A stretch of DNA of 63,962 nt, the filler included, from Octopus bimaculoides (lineage: Eukaryota): the NCBI RefSeq assembly GCF_001194135.2. It is 6 parts of 6 records of this genome, joined end to end, with 100 filler letters (N's around TTAATTAATTAA, not from the genome) between each part and the next. Parts side by side here need not be neighbours in the genome. Positions count along the whole stretch, not along the records: positions 1 to 19,625 come from NC_068994.1; 5 more parts are not named here. The stretch is one strand, 5' to 3'. The position numbers were made by a program, and so were the translations under genes. This document shows, one piece after another, positions 1-13,150 of the stretch. The notes beneath the pieces were generated by a model. It was not told the origin of the DNA, ran no database searches, and saw only the letters and a program-made list of their open reading frames with translations. Position 1 is the stretch's first letter. The number at the start of each line of letters is the position of its first letter.

Positions 1-205
1 AGTGTGTGTGTGTTCGTGTTTGTGTGGGGTTGTAGGTGTTAGGTACGTGTACGTGTGTGTGTGTATTTTGTATGTGCGCGTGTGTGTATGTGTATGTTTT
101 CTGTGCGTGCGTGTGTGTTTGTGTGTATGTGTATGTTGTGTGTATGTGCGTTGCTGTGTACGTGTGCGTGCGTGTGTGTTATGTATGTGAGTGAGTATTG
201 TGTAT

Positions 206-244
<39 letters not shown>

Positions 245-271
245 GCACACATATACGCACGCACACACACA

Positions 272-303
<32 letters not shown>

Positions 304-1193
304 CGCTGGATGTGTAATGTCAGTGTGCATACACAACAAAGTGTAAGTGCCTTAAGAGAAAAGTTAGACCTAAGAAGCATCAGATGCGGTGTTCAAGAAA
401 GACAACTGTGCTGGTGTGGTCATGTGGTGAGAATGAATGGGGATAGCTGTGTGAGAAAGTGCCACACCCTAGCAGTTGAGGGTACCTGTGGAAGAGGTAG
501 ACTCAGGAAGACCTGGGATGAGGTGGTGAAGCACAACCTTCAAACATTAGGTCTCACCGAGGCGTTGACTAGTGACCAAGACCTTTGGAGTTATGCTGTG
601 CTTGAGAAGACCCGGCAAGCCAAGTGAGACCATAACCTGTGGCCTATGCCAGTGGTGTAACTAGCCCACTTATACGTACCTTTCTTTCATTGGACACTAA
701 ACTCTGCTTGCGAAGACCTGTTGAGGCAAGTGAAATTAAAATCAAATTTGCTGACATGGCTGATGACAGCACTGCCTGGCTGGCAGCCATGCTAGTGGAA
801 CATTAAGAGCACCATCCGAGCATGCCGGTGGCATGTAAATAGCACCATTCGAGCATGATCATTACCAGCACCTGTGCCGGTGGCACATGAAAAATGGCAT
901 TCGGTCGAGGTCATTGTCAGTGCCACCTGGACTGGCTCCTGTGCAGGTGGCACGTAAAAAACACCATTTGAGCATGGCTGTTGCTAGTACCGCCTGACTA
1001 GTCCTCGTGCTGGTGGCATGTAAAAGCACCCACTACACTCTCGGAGTTGTTGGTGTTAGGAAGGGCATCCAGCTGTAGAAACTTTACCAGATCAGATTGG
1101 AGCCTGATGCAGCCTCTGGTTTACCAGTCCTCAGCCAAACCGTCCAACTCATGCTAGCATGGAAAGTGGACATTAAACGATGATGATGATGAT
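304..1193 (+). mobile_element. RTE-clade LINE, 5'-truncated (ORF2 C-terminus, 3' UTR and (GAT)n tail)
   Basis: RWMCNVSV...IRCGVQERQLCWCGHVVRM...GRGRLRKTWDEVV to the stop at 627 is a typical RTE ORF end. It is followed by a tandem-unit 3' UTR and a gatgatgat tail shared with more than 10 other copies here. Confidence 0.88.
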
Positions 1194-1227
<34 letters not shown>

Positions 1228-1253
1228 NNNNNNNNNNCGATGATGATGATGAT

Positions 1254-1302
<49 letters not shown>

Positions 1303-2948
1303 TATATATCAGGAAGGACTCACCTAAGTTAAAATAAACAATTATTTAGGTCAGTTGTAAAAAATTATGACAGGGAAATGACCTTCCTTCCCCTATACAT
1401 ACACATGAAAATACGCAAAGACAACACAAGATAGAACTATGACATATCGTAGACATATTACACAATACTTTCATATGACTGCTACCTGAGTATGGGGAAC
1501 TTGAAATTTAGAAACTTTTAGCTTTGAAATAAAACTATAACCTATACTCTATTTGTACTGAGTAAATTTATATCTAATTTTAAAACACGGATGCTTACTT
1601 AATTACATACATGTTAAGAAAAAACTTAAATATATTACAGAAGTATACATTAAACGGCAAAATTTAAAAGTGAAGATTTCTTGTTTTAAACATTCTTACC
1701 TGGATGATGGGTCAGTCATTTTGTGTATAATAAAATGACTGGCTACTGGTATACGTGTACCTTATATATATATATAAATTTACGTCAGCTAGTTACAATA
1801 ACACCTGTAAAACAGCACACAAACTATAATCCATCCTCCTACACATTTATCCATGTCTTATATTTTTATAGGACTATTTGCAAAAGGTAAGCTGTTATAT
1901 TAACTAATATTAAAGCCATATGTTACTTTCAATGCAATATGTTACTCTTAAGGTTATTAATAACCTATCAATTTATTCTTGTGAGAGTAATCCTTGATCA
2001 CAGCTGAGCTGCAACCACGTCACAACTACAATGAAGTTTATGTATAAAATCCTCAAAGTGACACCTGGCGACACATGACAGAGACACTGGCTACTAAAAA
2101 TATCCCAAGCATGTAGTAAATTATCAATATACCCACCACACTGTTGGGTACTGGGACACTTTACAGACCAGATGAATGATGTCTAGTACCTCCCAAAAGA
2201 TCTATGTCTCCAGTGATATCACCAGGAAAATATCATCAATATATTTAAATCCAGATTATAGATGAAGATAAACTAATGCTGAGAATGGAACAGCTTCAGC
2301 TGTCAATAGTTAACCAACGGAGACTCTTAGAATGAAAGTTATGACACATCAGTATCATAAAGTATGGCATGAAAATGTTAGCTACATCGATTTTTGACAA
2401 GCACTAATTAAAAAACAATAATTAGTTGAAAGGAGTAGGAATACTATTCTAATTAATCACAAAGAATCATAAAATGTCACCAAAGTAACAGACGTTATTC
2501 GAATTGGGTAAAATATGAATCACCCTCCATAGAGGGTGGGTTAGGAGGTCAGAAAAAGGTACACAGCTTGCAAACTGAGAGAAACAAATACCATTGTTGA
2601 ATGACAGAACACATCAATCAGGTAAGAGTATTTGAAACAAGAACTGAAGTTCTTCACTTACTGATTCTGCTTTTAAAAAGTGTGTGTGTGTGTGTGCGCA
2701 TACTGAGTACAATATTTTACTGTTGTCACCACCACTGTCACTGTTGTTTTACTGGCTACTTTTCCCACGTTTGCATAGATCAGATGGAAGTACATTGGGG
2801 GCAGGGGCAGAAGATTTTTGAACTGGATACCCTCCTGAATACAGTCTCATCTGTTTTCAACTGATGCAGCAAGCTCCCAGTCTATAGAACTACAACCAGT
2901 GAACATGTGCAGAGAAAGGAAATATGAATTCACTCATCCAAACATACA

Positions 2949-3024
<76 letters not shown>

Positions 3025-3167
3025 TGATGGGCTTTCCTCAGTTTTGGTAAACTCGGTTCTTATAGTTGAAGACATTTGCTCAAGGCAGCATACAGTAGGA
3101 CTGAACTTAAAACCATGTGGCTGGTGATCAAACTTCTAGAACCACACACCTATGCCTCGCATGTATT

Positions 3168-3448
3168 TCATCATCATCGTAGTTATTTAACGTCAGCTTT
3201 CCATGCTGTCATGGGTTGGACGGTTTGACTGAGGGGTGGCAAGCCAGAAGGCTGTACCAGGCTCTAATCTGATCCGGCAGTTTTTCTACAGCTGGATGCC
3301 CTTCCTAATGCCAACCACTCCCAAAGTGTAGTGGGTGCTTTTTACGTTTCACTGGCATAAGGGCCAGTCAGGCAGTACTGGCATCGACCACACTTGAATG
3401 GTGCGTTTTACATGCCACCGGCACAGGAGCCAGTCAGGCAGCACTGAC
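3168..3448 (-). mobile_element. RTE LINE 3' end, reverse orientation
   Basis: (CAT)n followed by the reverse complement of the family 3' end. Confidence 0.82.
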
Positions 3449-3683
3449 ATATATATATGTGTGTGTGTGTGTGTATATTTATATATATATATATATCAAA
3501 TATGAATGAGAAGCAGTCTGAGGGATAAAAACAATATCAAATACACGAACACACAAGGTATGTGTTTTGCCAGTTTGTGGGCAAGCTGTCATTATTGACA
3601 TAAGAGAATATATTCTAGTCAACTTAGCTGGTGTTAAAACACTTGGAAGTCATAGACAAGCGAGATAACTCACATCTAGTTCC

Positions 3684-3723
<40 letters not shown>

Positions 3724-4408
3724 ATCGTTGCCAGTGCCCCTGGACTGGTTCTTGTGCGGGTGGCACATGAGATGCACCATTNNNNNNNNNNNNNNNNNNN
3801 NNNNNNNNNNNNNNNNNNNNNNNNNNNNNNNNNNNNNNNNNNNNNNNNNNNNNNNNNNNNNNNNNNNNNNNNNNNNNNNNNNNNNNNNNNNNNNNNNNNN
3901 NNNNNNNNNNNNNNNNNNNNNNNNNNNNNNNNNNNNNNNNNNNNNNNNNNNNNNNNNNNNNNNNNNNNNNNNNNNNNNNNNNNNNNNNNNNNNNNNNNNN
4001 NNNNNNNNNNNNNNNNNNNNNNNNNNNNNNNNNNNNNNNNNNNNNNNNNNNNNNNNNNNNNNNNNNNNNNNNNNNNNNNNNNNNNNNNNNNNNNNNNNNN
4101 NNNNNNNNNNNNNNNNNNNNNNNNNNNNNNNNNNNNNNNNNNNNNNNNNNNNNNNNNNNNNNNNNNNNNNNNNNNNNNNNNNNNNNNNNNNNNNNNNNNN
4201 NNNNNNNNNNNNNNNNNNNNNNNNNNNNNNNNNNNNNNNNNNNNNNNNNNNNNNNNNNNNNNNNNNNNNNNNNNNNNNNNNNNNNNNNNNNNNNNNNNNN
4301 NNNNNNNNNNNNNNNNNNNNNNNNNNNNNNNNNNNNNNNNNNNNNNNNNNNNNNNNNNNNNNNNNNNNNNNNNNNNNNNNNNNNNNNNNNNNNNNNNNNN
4401 NNNNNNNN

Positions 4409-4472
<64 letters not shown>

Positions 4473-5310
4473 GGTTCCTATGTACAGAAAACAAAAGACA
4501 AAGATAGGTGAGGCAACAACAAGCAAGTGTATTAGTTTGATGCTTGGGAAAAATGGAAAAGTCATAGACATTTTAAGCCTATGCTCATAGATAGAAAGGG
4601 ATGAGAGAAAAAATGGATAAAGAAAAAAAAAATCTGGCCACAGAAAATCTGCCACGGTATAATCTCTATCTGACCCATGCAAGCATATTACAAAATGGAT
4701 GTTACAGTGGCGATGATTACGTTTTGGGTAAACTGTGTGAAGTAAGTAAAATTTTGTGTTTTGCTATTTGTAGCCGTTTGTACTACCAAACCAGAATGCC
4801 AAACATTTTGGCACTAAATGATTAACAACCAAAATAACTCTATGTATAATCCTACGCCTCTCTATCCCTCCTACATGCACAAGTAAACTGGAAACTCTTT
4901 TCTTAATTGCTTCAACAATTTTCCTACCATTACAGCGCTCAGGGTTACTAGGTGAGTAAGTTTCAGGGGAAATGCTATAGGAAAGTATGCTGGGTGAAAC
5001 ATATCCTGGGCCAAATGAGGGAAAAAAAAACTTTGTGTCAAATGTATGTACTGTAGTAGATGGCATAAAGATAAGGCATATAAGAAACGCCCCAATTTCA
5101 GCAGTGCTTATTCAGGAAGAATTGTTTTTTGTGCAGTAATATGTGTAGGCACAGGTGAGTGGTAAGAACCTTGCTTCCCAACCATATGGTTATGGGTTCA
5201 GTCTTCTACTTATGGCAAGAGTCTTCTACTATAGCAGCAGGTCGACCAAAGCTTTGAGTGGATATGGTAGATGGAAACTGAAAGAAACCCATCATATATA
5301 AATATATATA

Positions 5311-5650
5311 TCATCATCATCATTTAACGTCTGCTTTCCATGCTAGCATGGGTTGGACGATTTGACTGAGGACTGGTGAACCAGATGGCTACACCAGGCT
5401 CCAATCTGATTTGGCAGAGTTTCTACAGCTGGATGCCCTTCCTAACGCCAACCACTCCGAGAGTGTAGTGGGTGCTTTTACGTGCCACTGGCACAAAGGC
5501 CAGTCAGGCGGTACTGGCAACGGCCACACTCAAAATGGTGTATTTTACATGCCACCTGCACAGGAGCCAGACCAGTGGCACTGGCAATGATCTCGCTTGA
5601 ATGTCTTTACACGTGCCACCGGCACAAGTGCCAGGAAGGTGACGCTGGGC
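5311..5650 (-). mobile_element. RTE LINE 3' end, reverse orientation
   Basis: tcatcatcatttaacgtctgctttccatgctagcatgggttggacg..., well conserved relative to the other copies. Confidence 0.85.
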
Positions 5651-6725
5651 ATGTGTGTGTGTCTTTATGTCAATGTTTGAACCCCCTACTACCACTTGGC
5701 AATCAAATATTATTGTGTTTATGTCCCTGTAACTTAGATGATGGAAAAATGCCGGACGTACTCACAAGGGATAGGGATCAGAATATAAATGGGATGGTAG
5801 AGTAAAGGAAGTGAGAGATATAGTGCCAGGGCATACCCTTGAGGTACGAATGCCATAATATAAGTGGCAGGATATTGTGAAGGGAGTGTGATTAAAGAAT
5901 GCGGAGGGGAGTGGAGTGAATGGTGAAAACTTGGGTATATATAGTCGAGGGGGGTGCTATAGAATAGCAATGATATAGAGGAACAGGGCCATGAAGACAG
6001 GATTGGGGAGTGAGAGTACAGGCATAGTGTATGAAGGAAGAAATGTGAGGAAGAGAAGAGATGTGGAGATGTAGATTGGTTTGTTGGGGCTAGGGTTAGG
6101 GTTAGGGTTAGTGAAAAGTTTTCTTGTTATGCGTGGGTGGGACACACAGGTCAAGGGCTAGCAGATAGCAATAATACAGTGAGACAGGGCGTATGAGTGG
6201 AACACACAGGTCGGAGGGGAAGGGGCTAGTGGAGAGCAAGGATACAGTGGCACAGGGCCAAGGGGATAGGATTCGGGAGTGGGAGGTAAGCATTTGCAAT
6301 TTTCAGTAAGTTATTTTTTGCTCATTCCTCGACTTTCATCAGCCTGTTGTATTTTCAGTGAAATCATGGCTAGAGTATTTTTTGACTCTTATTTCTAGCA
6401 ACACTGGTACTTCGTGTACCCTCAATTATAATTAATAATTAATTAAAAATTTATAAATCTGCTATTCTGGCTTTAATGCTTGCTGGCCACTTATATCATT
6501 GCTGTTATTATTTATTATTAATAATAATAATATCTTTGCTTATTCATATATATATATGCCCTAACTCTTCGAAACACCGGTGTTTTAATGGTGGCAGCTG
6601 ATGAAGGATATGTTCTCTATGTGGCCTGCTTGTTTGTTGTACCTTGTTTATCATTTTGTCCATGTTCTTTTGCAACGTCATGTACCCAGATATGTATCTA
6701 TATGTACATGTAGATGAAGGTATGT

Positions 6726-6802
<77 letters not shown>

Positions 6803-6839
6803 TATACTCATATATTGTTTATATATATATACACATATA

Positions 6840-6960
6840 TACAAGGTCTGATCAATAAGTATCCAGACTGTTGCCATAGTAATGAAGCTAAAATACACAG
6901 AGTGAAGCTGCTTGGCAAAAGTTGACCATGAACTCTGCTCAGCATGTACGTTAAGCTTTA
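6840..6960 (+). mobile_element. Mariner-like terminal fragment
   Basis: TA|CAAGGTCTGATCAATAAGTATCC resembles mariner TIRs. A Tc1/mariner-like TA|CAGGGTGTCCATAAA end also occurs at about 12222. Confidence 0.45.
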
Positions 6961-7498
6961 ATGTTCTACCCATGCTAGCATGGAAAGCGGACGTTAAATG
7001 ATGATGATGATGATATATATATAAATAAAGTTATAGATAAGGGCCACTGGAAATGTCCATCGCCAGTGCTAGAAGTAGATGTCAAATACCTACAATTCAT
7101 TCTAAAATTTGTTCTCTATAAGTATAAGTATATATATATATATATATAAATACACAAACACACACACACACACATTACAGAAAATGCTACTTGTTTACCA
7201 TACTAGTACATCACATTTACTGGTGCACAGATAAATAAAGTCAATTGCTTCATCTTTCTTTCAGCTATCAGAGATTTACATCAGTAGATTATTGACTATA
7301 TTGATATTATAATTAGAGGATGCATTAGTTGATTATGTCATTCCCGTCTAGTACATGACATACCTTACCAAGCCTGGAAAGAGGAGAGGCCAAAATGGAT
7401 CTTAGCAGAATTTGAACTTAGAATACAAAGGTATGTAGTTACATACTGAAAGGCAGCCTGATGCTCAAACAATTCTGCAAAACCACTACGTATATATA

Positions 7499-7754
7499 TA
7501 AGGAATGAAGAAAACGCATGTTATAATTGCATACTTTATTCCTATATATGTTTCAAAGGATTACAACCTGTGTGATCCATAGGGATCTGTGATATTAAAA
7601 TTGTAACCTTCTCTTCAGGGAATGCATGAGAATCATCTTAAACGTAATACAATTTTAATATCACAGATCCCTATGGATCACACAGGTTGTAATCCTTTGA
7701 AACATATATAGGAATAAAGTATGCAATTATAACGTGCGTTTTCTCCATTCCTTA
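7499..7754. repeat. Near-perfect inverted duplication: 107-bp arms, 42-nt spacer
   Basis: 7499-7605 against 7648-7754, with 2 mismatches. Confidence 0.97.
7520..7627 (-). ncRNA. Candidate minimal hammerhead ribozyme (type I, PLE-like)
   Basis: AUUCC-CUGAAGA-[GAAGGUUACAA...UUGUAAUCCUUU]-GAAA-CAUAUA-UA-GGAAU. Stem I is 5 bp, stem II about 11 bp, stem III near-palindromic with a C:A mismatch. Confidence 0.6.
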
Positions 7755-8844
7755 AATTTTTAAATATACTCAAATACCCAAAATTTCAAGGAGTTCCTGC
7801 CTTAAAAACAGGAACTACACCACAGTTATTTTGTGTTCTTTGCTACATTGGTTTCTATTAACCTATTTNNNNNNNNNNNNNNNNNNNNNNNNNNNNNNNN
7901 NNNNNNNNNNNNNNNNNNNNNNNNNNNNNNNNNNNNNNNNNNNNNNNNNNNNNNNNNNNNNNNNNNNNNNNNNNNNNNNNNNNNNNNNNNNNNNNNNNNN
8001 NNNNNNNNNNNNNNNNNNNNNNNNNNNNNNNNNNNNNNNNNNNNNNNNNNNNNNNNNNNNNNNNNNNNNNNNNNNNNNNNNNNNNNNNNNNNNNNNNNNN
8101 NNNNNNNNNNNNNNNNNNNNNNNNNNNNNNNNNNNNNNNNNNNNNNNNNNNNNNNNNNNNNNNNNNNNNNNNNNNNNTGTGTGTGTGTGTGTGTGTGTGT
8201 TTGTGTGTCTGTGTTTGTCCCCCCAACATTGCTTGACAAACGATGCTGGTGTGTTTATGTCCCCCGTAACTTAGCAGTTCGGCAAAAAAGACTGATAGAA
8301 TAAGTACCAGGCTTACAAAGAATAAGTCTTGGGGTCGATTTGCTCGACTAAAGGTGGTGCTCCAGCATGACAACAGTCAAATGACTGAAACAAGTAAAAG
8401 AGTATATACATCATCATCATCATCATCATCATATAATGACCGCCCAACCATGCTGACATGGTTGGGCGGTTTGACAGGTGCTGGCAAGCTGGGGAGCAAC
8501 ACCTGGCTCCAATTGTCCATTTTGGCAAAGTTACTACATCTGGATGCCCTTCAGGTGACACCAACACTGGTACTTTTTACACGGCACCAGCATGAGTGCT
8601 TTTTATGTGGAACTAGCATGGATGTTTTTTTTTACCTGGCACCAATACAGGTGCTTTTTATGTGGTACTAGCACAGGTGCTTTTTTTCGGTGCACCAGTA
8701 CAAGTGCCCTATTATGGATTAAAAGTGCTCAGCAGTAATTGAGATAATTATAAACATGTTAGTTACTCCTTCAAATATAGTTCAAATCGAAGGGCCCTCT
8801 TTCAGATGGATGTATGTATGCATTTTTGATGTAGATGCATCGAA

Positions 8845-9340
8845 AGCAAGTGAAATCGAAATTGAGTTAAATTCGACGACTGGCACCCATGCCAACGTCA
8901 TCTCCTTCATTGGACACGAAACTCAGCTTGCGAAGACTTATTGGGGCAAGCGAAAGTGAAATCAGTTTGGCACCTGTGCCCAGCGTCGCCTTTCTGGCAC
9001 TTGTGCTCGCGGCATGTGTAAGGACTATCGAGTGAGATCGTTGCCAGTGCCCCTGGACTGGCTCTTGTGCGGGTGGCACACAAAATACACCATTTTGAGC
9101 GTGGCCGTTGCCAGTACTGCCTGACTGGCCTTCGTGCCGGTGGCACGTAAAAGCACCCACTACACTCTCTGAGTGGTTGGCGTTAGGAAGGGCATCCAGC
9201 TGTAGAAACTCTGCCAAATCAGATTGGAGCCTGGTGTAGCCATCTGGTTTCACCAGTCCTCAGTCAAATCGTCCAACCTATGCTAGCATGGAAGGCGGAC
9301 GTTAAACGACAATGATGATGATGATGATGATGATGATGAT
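8845..9340 (+). mobile_element. RTE LINE 3' UTR copy with (GAT)n tail
   Basis: Shares the ggcgttaggaagggcatccagctgtagaaactctgcc...gcggacgttaaacgatgatgat end with 304-1193. Confidence 0.85.
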
Positions 9341-10254
9341 ATCTTCTCAGAGATATTTGATCAGGTTAATAAGTTATAAATATATCAATATTATATATAT
9401 TCATTAGTTAATTTTATGTCGATTTTTTTCATGCTTGCATGGATTGGACAATATATCATTCATGTGTTGTTTTACAGCTGAATGCCCTTCCTGTCACTAA
9501 CTCTTATTTGTTTTTTAAGCAAAGGATCTCTTATCTCGTACTTCTATGAAGGAGTGAAGCAAGTCGACAAGTTGTTGACAAGAAGAGAGATAAAAACAAC
9601 ACTCTGTAATAACTGTCACGGAAGGCATATGTAAACAAACACATGGACACACACACAATGTATATGTGAACTGGCTTTCCATCGATTACAACGACAAGTG
9701 TTCCACTTGATCCAATTAATTGAACAGCCTACTCGTGATATTAACATGCAAATGGCTGAGCACTCCACAGACATGAGTACCCTTAATGTAGTTTGCAGGG
9801 AGATTCAGAGTGACACAGAATGTGACAAGGCTGACTCTTCTGAATTACAGATGTAACTCAACTGTACCATCTGAGTGGATTGGAGCAACGTGAATTACAA
9901 TGTGTTGCTCACAACCTTACAATTGCCCAAAACACTAAGCCATGCACCTTCACATGTATATGTATTTATGCATATAAACACAACAGGCTTCATCCAATTT
10001 TCATTTACCAAATTCATCTACAAGGTTTTGGCTCTGGTTGATGTGGGGCTATAGAGGAAGACACCAGCCCAAGGTGCAGCACAGTGGGATTGAACTCAAA
10101 ACCACATGGTTGGTAAGTAAACTTCTTAACCACATTGCTACACAACACACAAACAATACAGACACACACACACACACAAACACGAGCACACATGGTGTAA
10201 TTAATATTGTTGATATGAACAAAAATTAAAGCACCCAGTATTTAGAAATTTATA

Positions 10255-10640
10255 AGGCACAAGCATGGCAGAGGTGTGGCACTGAAGTAAGAAGTTTGCT
10301 TCCATGCTTCCCGACCACATGACTACAGGTTCAGTCCCATTGTGTGGCACCTTGGGCAAGTGTCTTTTACCATAGCCCAGGCCAACCAAAGCCTTGTGAG
10401 TTGATTTCATTGGTGGAAAGAAGCTTGTAATATATATGTGTGTGTTTGTCCCCCACCACTACTTGACAACCAGTATTGATTTGTTTACATCGCCCTCACT
10501 TAGTAGTTTGGCAAAAAGAGACTGATAGAATAAGTATTAGGCTTATAAAAAAAATAAGTATTTGGGGCGATTTGTTTGACTAAACCTTTCAAGGTGGTGC
10601 TCCAGCATGGTCACAGTCCAACGGCTGAAACAAATAAAAA
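10255..10640 (+). mobile_element. Bipartite SINE: tRNA-like head C, (TA/TG)n microsatellite, tail Z
   Basis: Head with ggttcagtccca B box and ccttgggcaagtgtctt segment; tail ...ggtgctccagcatgg.cacagtc...ctgaaacaa.taaaa. Confidence 0.82.
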
Positions 10641-10894
10641 TCAAAAGACAAAAGATAAAGGAAGGATATACAAACAATAAGTATAACCTGATTGATACAC
10701 AAGAGTAATATTTTTTAATTACAATAAGCTTAACCATTATAATTCGTTATTCCAAACAACATGTCTAAGTTGGTTCCATTTGACTGATGACAAAGAAAGC
10801 CTGTTTGTTGATTCATAGGAATCTCTTCATGATTCAATGACTTGTTTCATGGTCACATGAAAGTATATACACAAACATCTTTATAGTACACACT

Positions 10895-11279
10895 TTGTTG
10901 TTGGCACTCCGTCGCTTATGACGTTGAGGGTTCCAGTTGATCCGATCAACGGAACAGCCTGCTTGTGAAATTAACGTGCAAGTGGCTGAGCACTCCACAG
11001 ACACGTGTACCCTTAACATAGTTCTCGGGGATATTCAGCATGACACAGTGTGGCAAGGCTGACCCTTTGAATTACAGGCACAACAGAAACAGGAAGTAAG
11101 AGTGAGAGAAAGTTGTGGTGAAAGAGTACAACAGGGTTAGCCACCATCCCCTGCCGGAGCCTCGTGGAGCTTTAGGTGTTTTCGCTCAATAAGCACTCTC
11201 AACGCCTGGTCTGGGAATCTAAACCGCAATCCTAAGACCGCGAGTCCGCTACCCTAACCACTGGGCCATTGCACCTCTA
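10895..11279 (-). mobile_element. tRNA(Arg-like)-derived SINE, head A + tail X (octopus OR-type)
   Basis: Minus strand reads gaggtgcaatggcccagtggttagggtagcggactcgcggtcttaggattgcggtttagattcccagacc (A and B boxes, tRNA-like), then a pyrimidine-rich domain, the tail, and a caacaa end. Confidence 0.88.
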
Positions 11280-12292
11280 CTAAAAAAATAATAAATAGGA
11301 AAGAAAAGAAAAAACTGAAAAGAACCACTCCTAACTCTCACATAAATTTATTGTTATTTGCATAACGACAGGAAAAATCCACTCACTGTGGGATATAAAA
11401 AATACAAACATTGAATACTTGTGACAATAAACTGAGGTGCAGTTTCTATCATGGTAAGTCAAATGTTTTCTTTGTTTTTATATACTAAACCATGATGATG
11501 ATTATTATTCGTCTATCTTTATTTTTTAATCATATTAGTCAGGTTAAGGATGGGCATTAGCCATGACTTTTTACCTTTTCAAGGCCTCTGAGATTGGTTG
11601 AGGTAAGCTATTCTTGAATGGGGCGTGGGAAAACCTGACCTAAAGAATGCATGCCAGTTAAAGACCAGACCAGGTGGCAGAGTTAAACCATTCAAGTTTT
11701 CCACCACCCATGAATCCAGACTGCAGAGGTCCAGAACAAAGACTACAAGGAACTCCATTCAATGCTCTAACAACACTGTGGTCTGGTATTTATTCTATTG
11801 ACCCAGAAATGATGTAAAGCCTTTGTGGGATTTGAACTCAGAATGTAAAGAGCCTGAACAAATACTACCAGGCAGTCTATCCAGCTCTGTTGGTTTCATG
11901 CTTAATTAAGGGCAAACAGTATTTTTGTTCACTTTTCACCTTTCATTTTATTTCATTTCAAATCCACTGTCACATATAGAAAAATTAATAATTAAAATTA
12001 CAATAAATGGGTATAATATAATACAAAGTAAATATCATAAGATAAAGATAATAAAATATAATATATATATTTATATATATTTTACTCTGTGAAACTTAAT
12101 TTAATTTTAATTTTTAATAAATTGATTTTAATTGAGTTTTTACCTGTAATTTTGGATTTTNNNNNNNNNNATATATATATACATATATATATATATACAT
12201 GCACACACACACACACATACATACAGGGTGTCCATAAATTACCTTTACAATCTGAAGTGTGGAAGTTGTAAATACACACGCACACACACACA

Positions 12293-12336
<44 letters not shown>

Positions 12337-12964
12337 TCTTTTTTGTTATAAAAACTTGTCACTTCACATGTGGAGAAAGAATCGTCAATTATACACAGCC
12401 ATAAGCTACAGCTTGCATGATTTATAGCCAGTGCAAATAGGCTGACAAAGGTTAAGTGTTTTGATTTCAGTAACCAGATATATAAATCATTAACCCCTCA
12501 GATTTTGTTGACTCAAACACTAGTGATCCCCCCCGGCACCCATAACACAGTTAAAAACATTAAAAACATTGGTTAATGTCTGTCTGTCTGTCAGTCTGTT
12601 CCCTATGCATTCTCAAATGACTCCACCAAATCAAATCAAATTTTACAAGGTGGTATTAGACCCCGCGAGTGTCAACATGCAATTTTTATTTTCATTTCAG
12701 TTAAAACAATATATTTTATTTAAAATAATTTTACCACTATGACTTCACATTTTGTATATGAGTGTGTATGTGTTGTGAGTGTTTGCATGTTCATTACATA
12801 CAACTAGTAAAGGACATTTTATACCACCAACACGACAACACATTTTATATATGAGTGTGTATGTGTCTGAGTGTGTGTATGTTTGCACGTTTGTTACATA
12901 CAAGATAGTAAAGGACTTTGGAAACAGAGACTCGAACCCAGTGAAATTGAATGTAACTGTTGTC

Positions 12965-13150
12965 TAGCATACACCGACCATCAGAAATGAAGGCTTCAAG
13001 ACCAGATATTGTCATTGAGGACTTTCAAGAAGGGAAGTGCCTCTTGATAGATGTATTTGTCCTAAGAAGTAATAATGTATCTCTAAAAGATATGAAGTAA
13101 CTATCCAAATATAAAGTTGTGGAAAATAGAGAAAAACAACATGTGGGGTT
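12965..13150 (+). mobile_element. R4/Dong-like RLE endonuclease fragment
   Basis: Peptide ASRPDIVIEDFQEGKCLLIDVFV...NVSLKDMK*LSKYK resembles the RPDIV...LID..K..KY RLE motif. Confidence 0.65.

Noticed and set aside
1695-1743. Minus-strand ATG-ACT-GAC-CCA-TCA-TCC-AG|GTAAG mini-exon and an overlapping 10-bp hairpin
   Set aside because: Consensus donor sites occur often by chance (for example 2620 on the plus strand), and there is no other support.
10784-10798. CTGATGACAAAGAAA
   Set aside because: There is no stem II between the core motifs; this is a chance match.
11200-11279. tRNA-like sequences at SINE heads
   Set aside because: They lack full cloverleaf pairing and run on into SINE bodies, so they are not tRNA genes.
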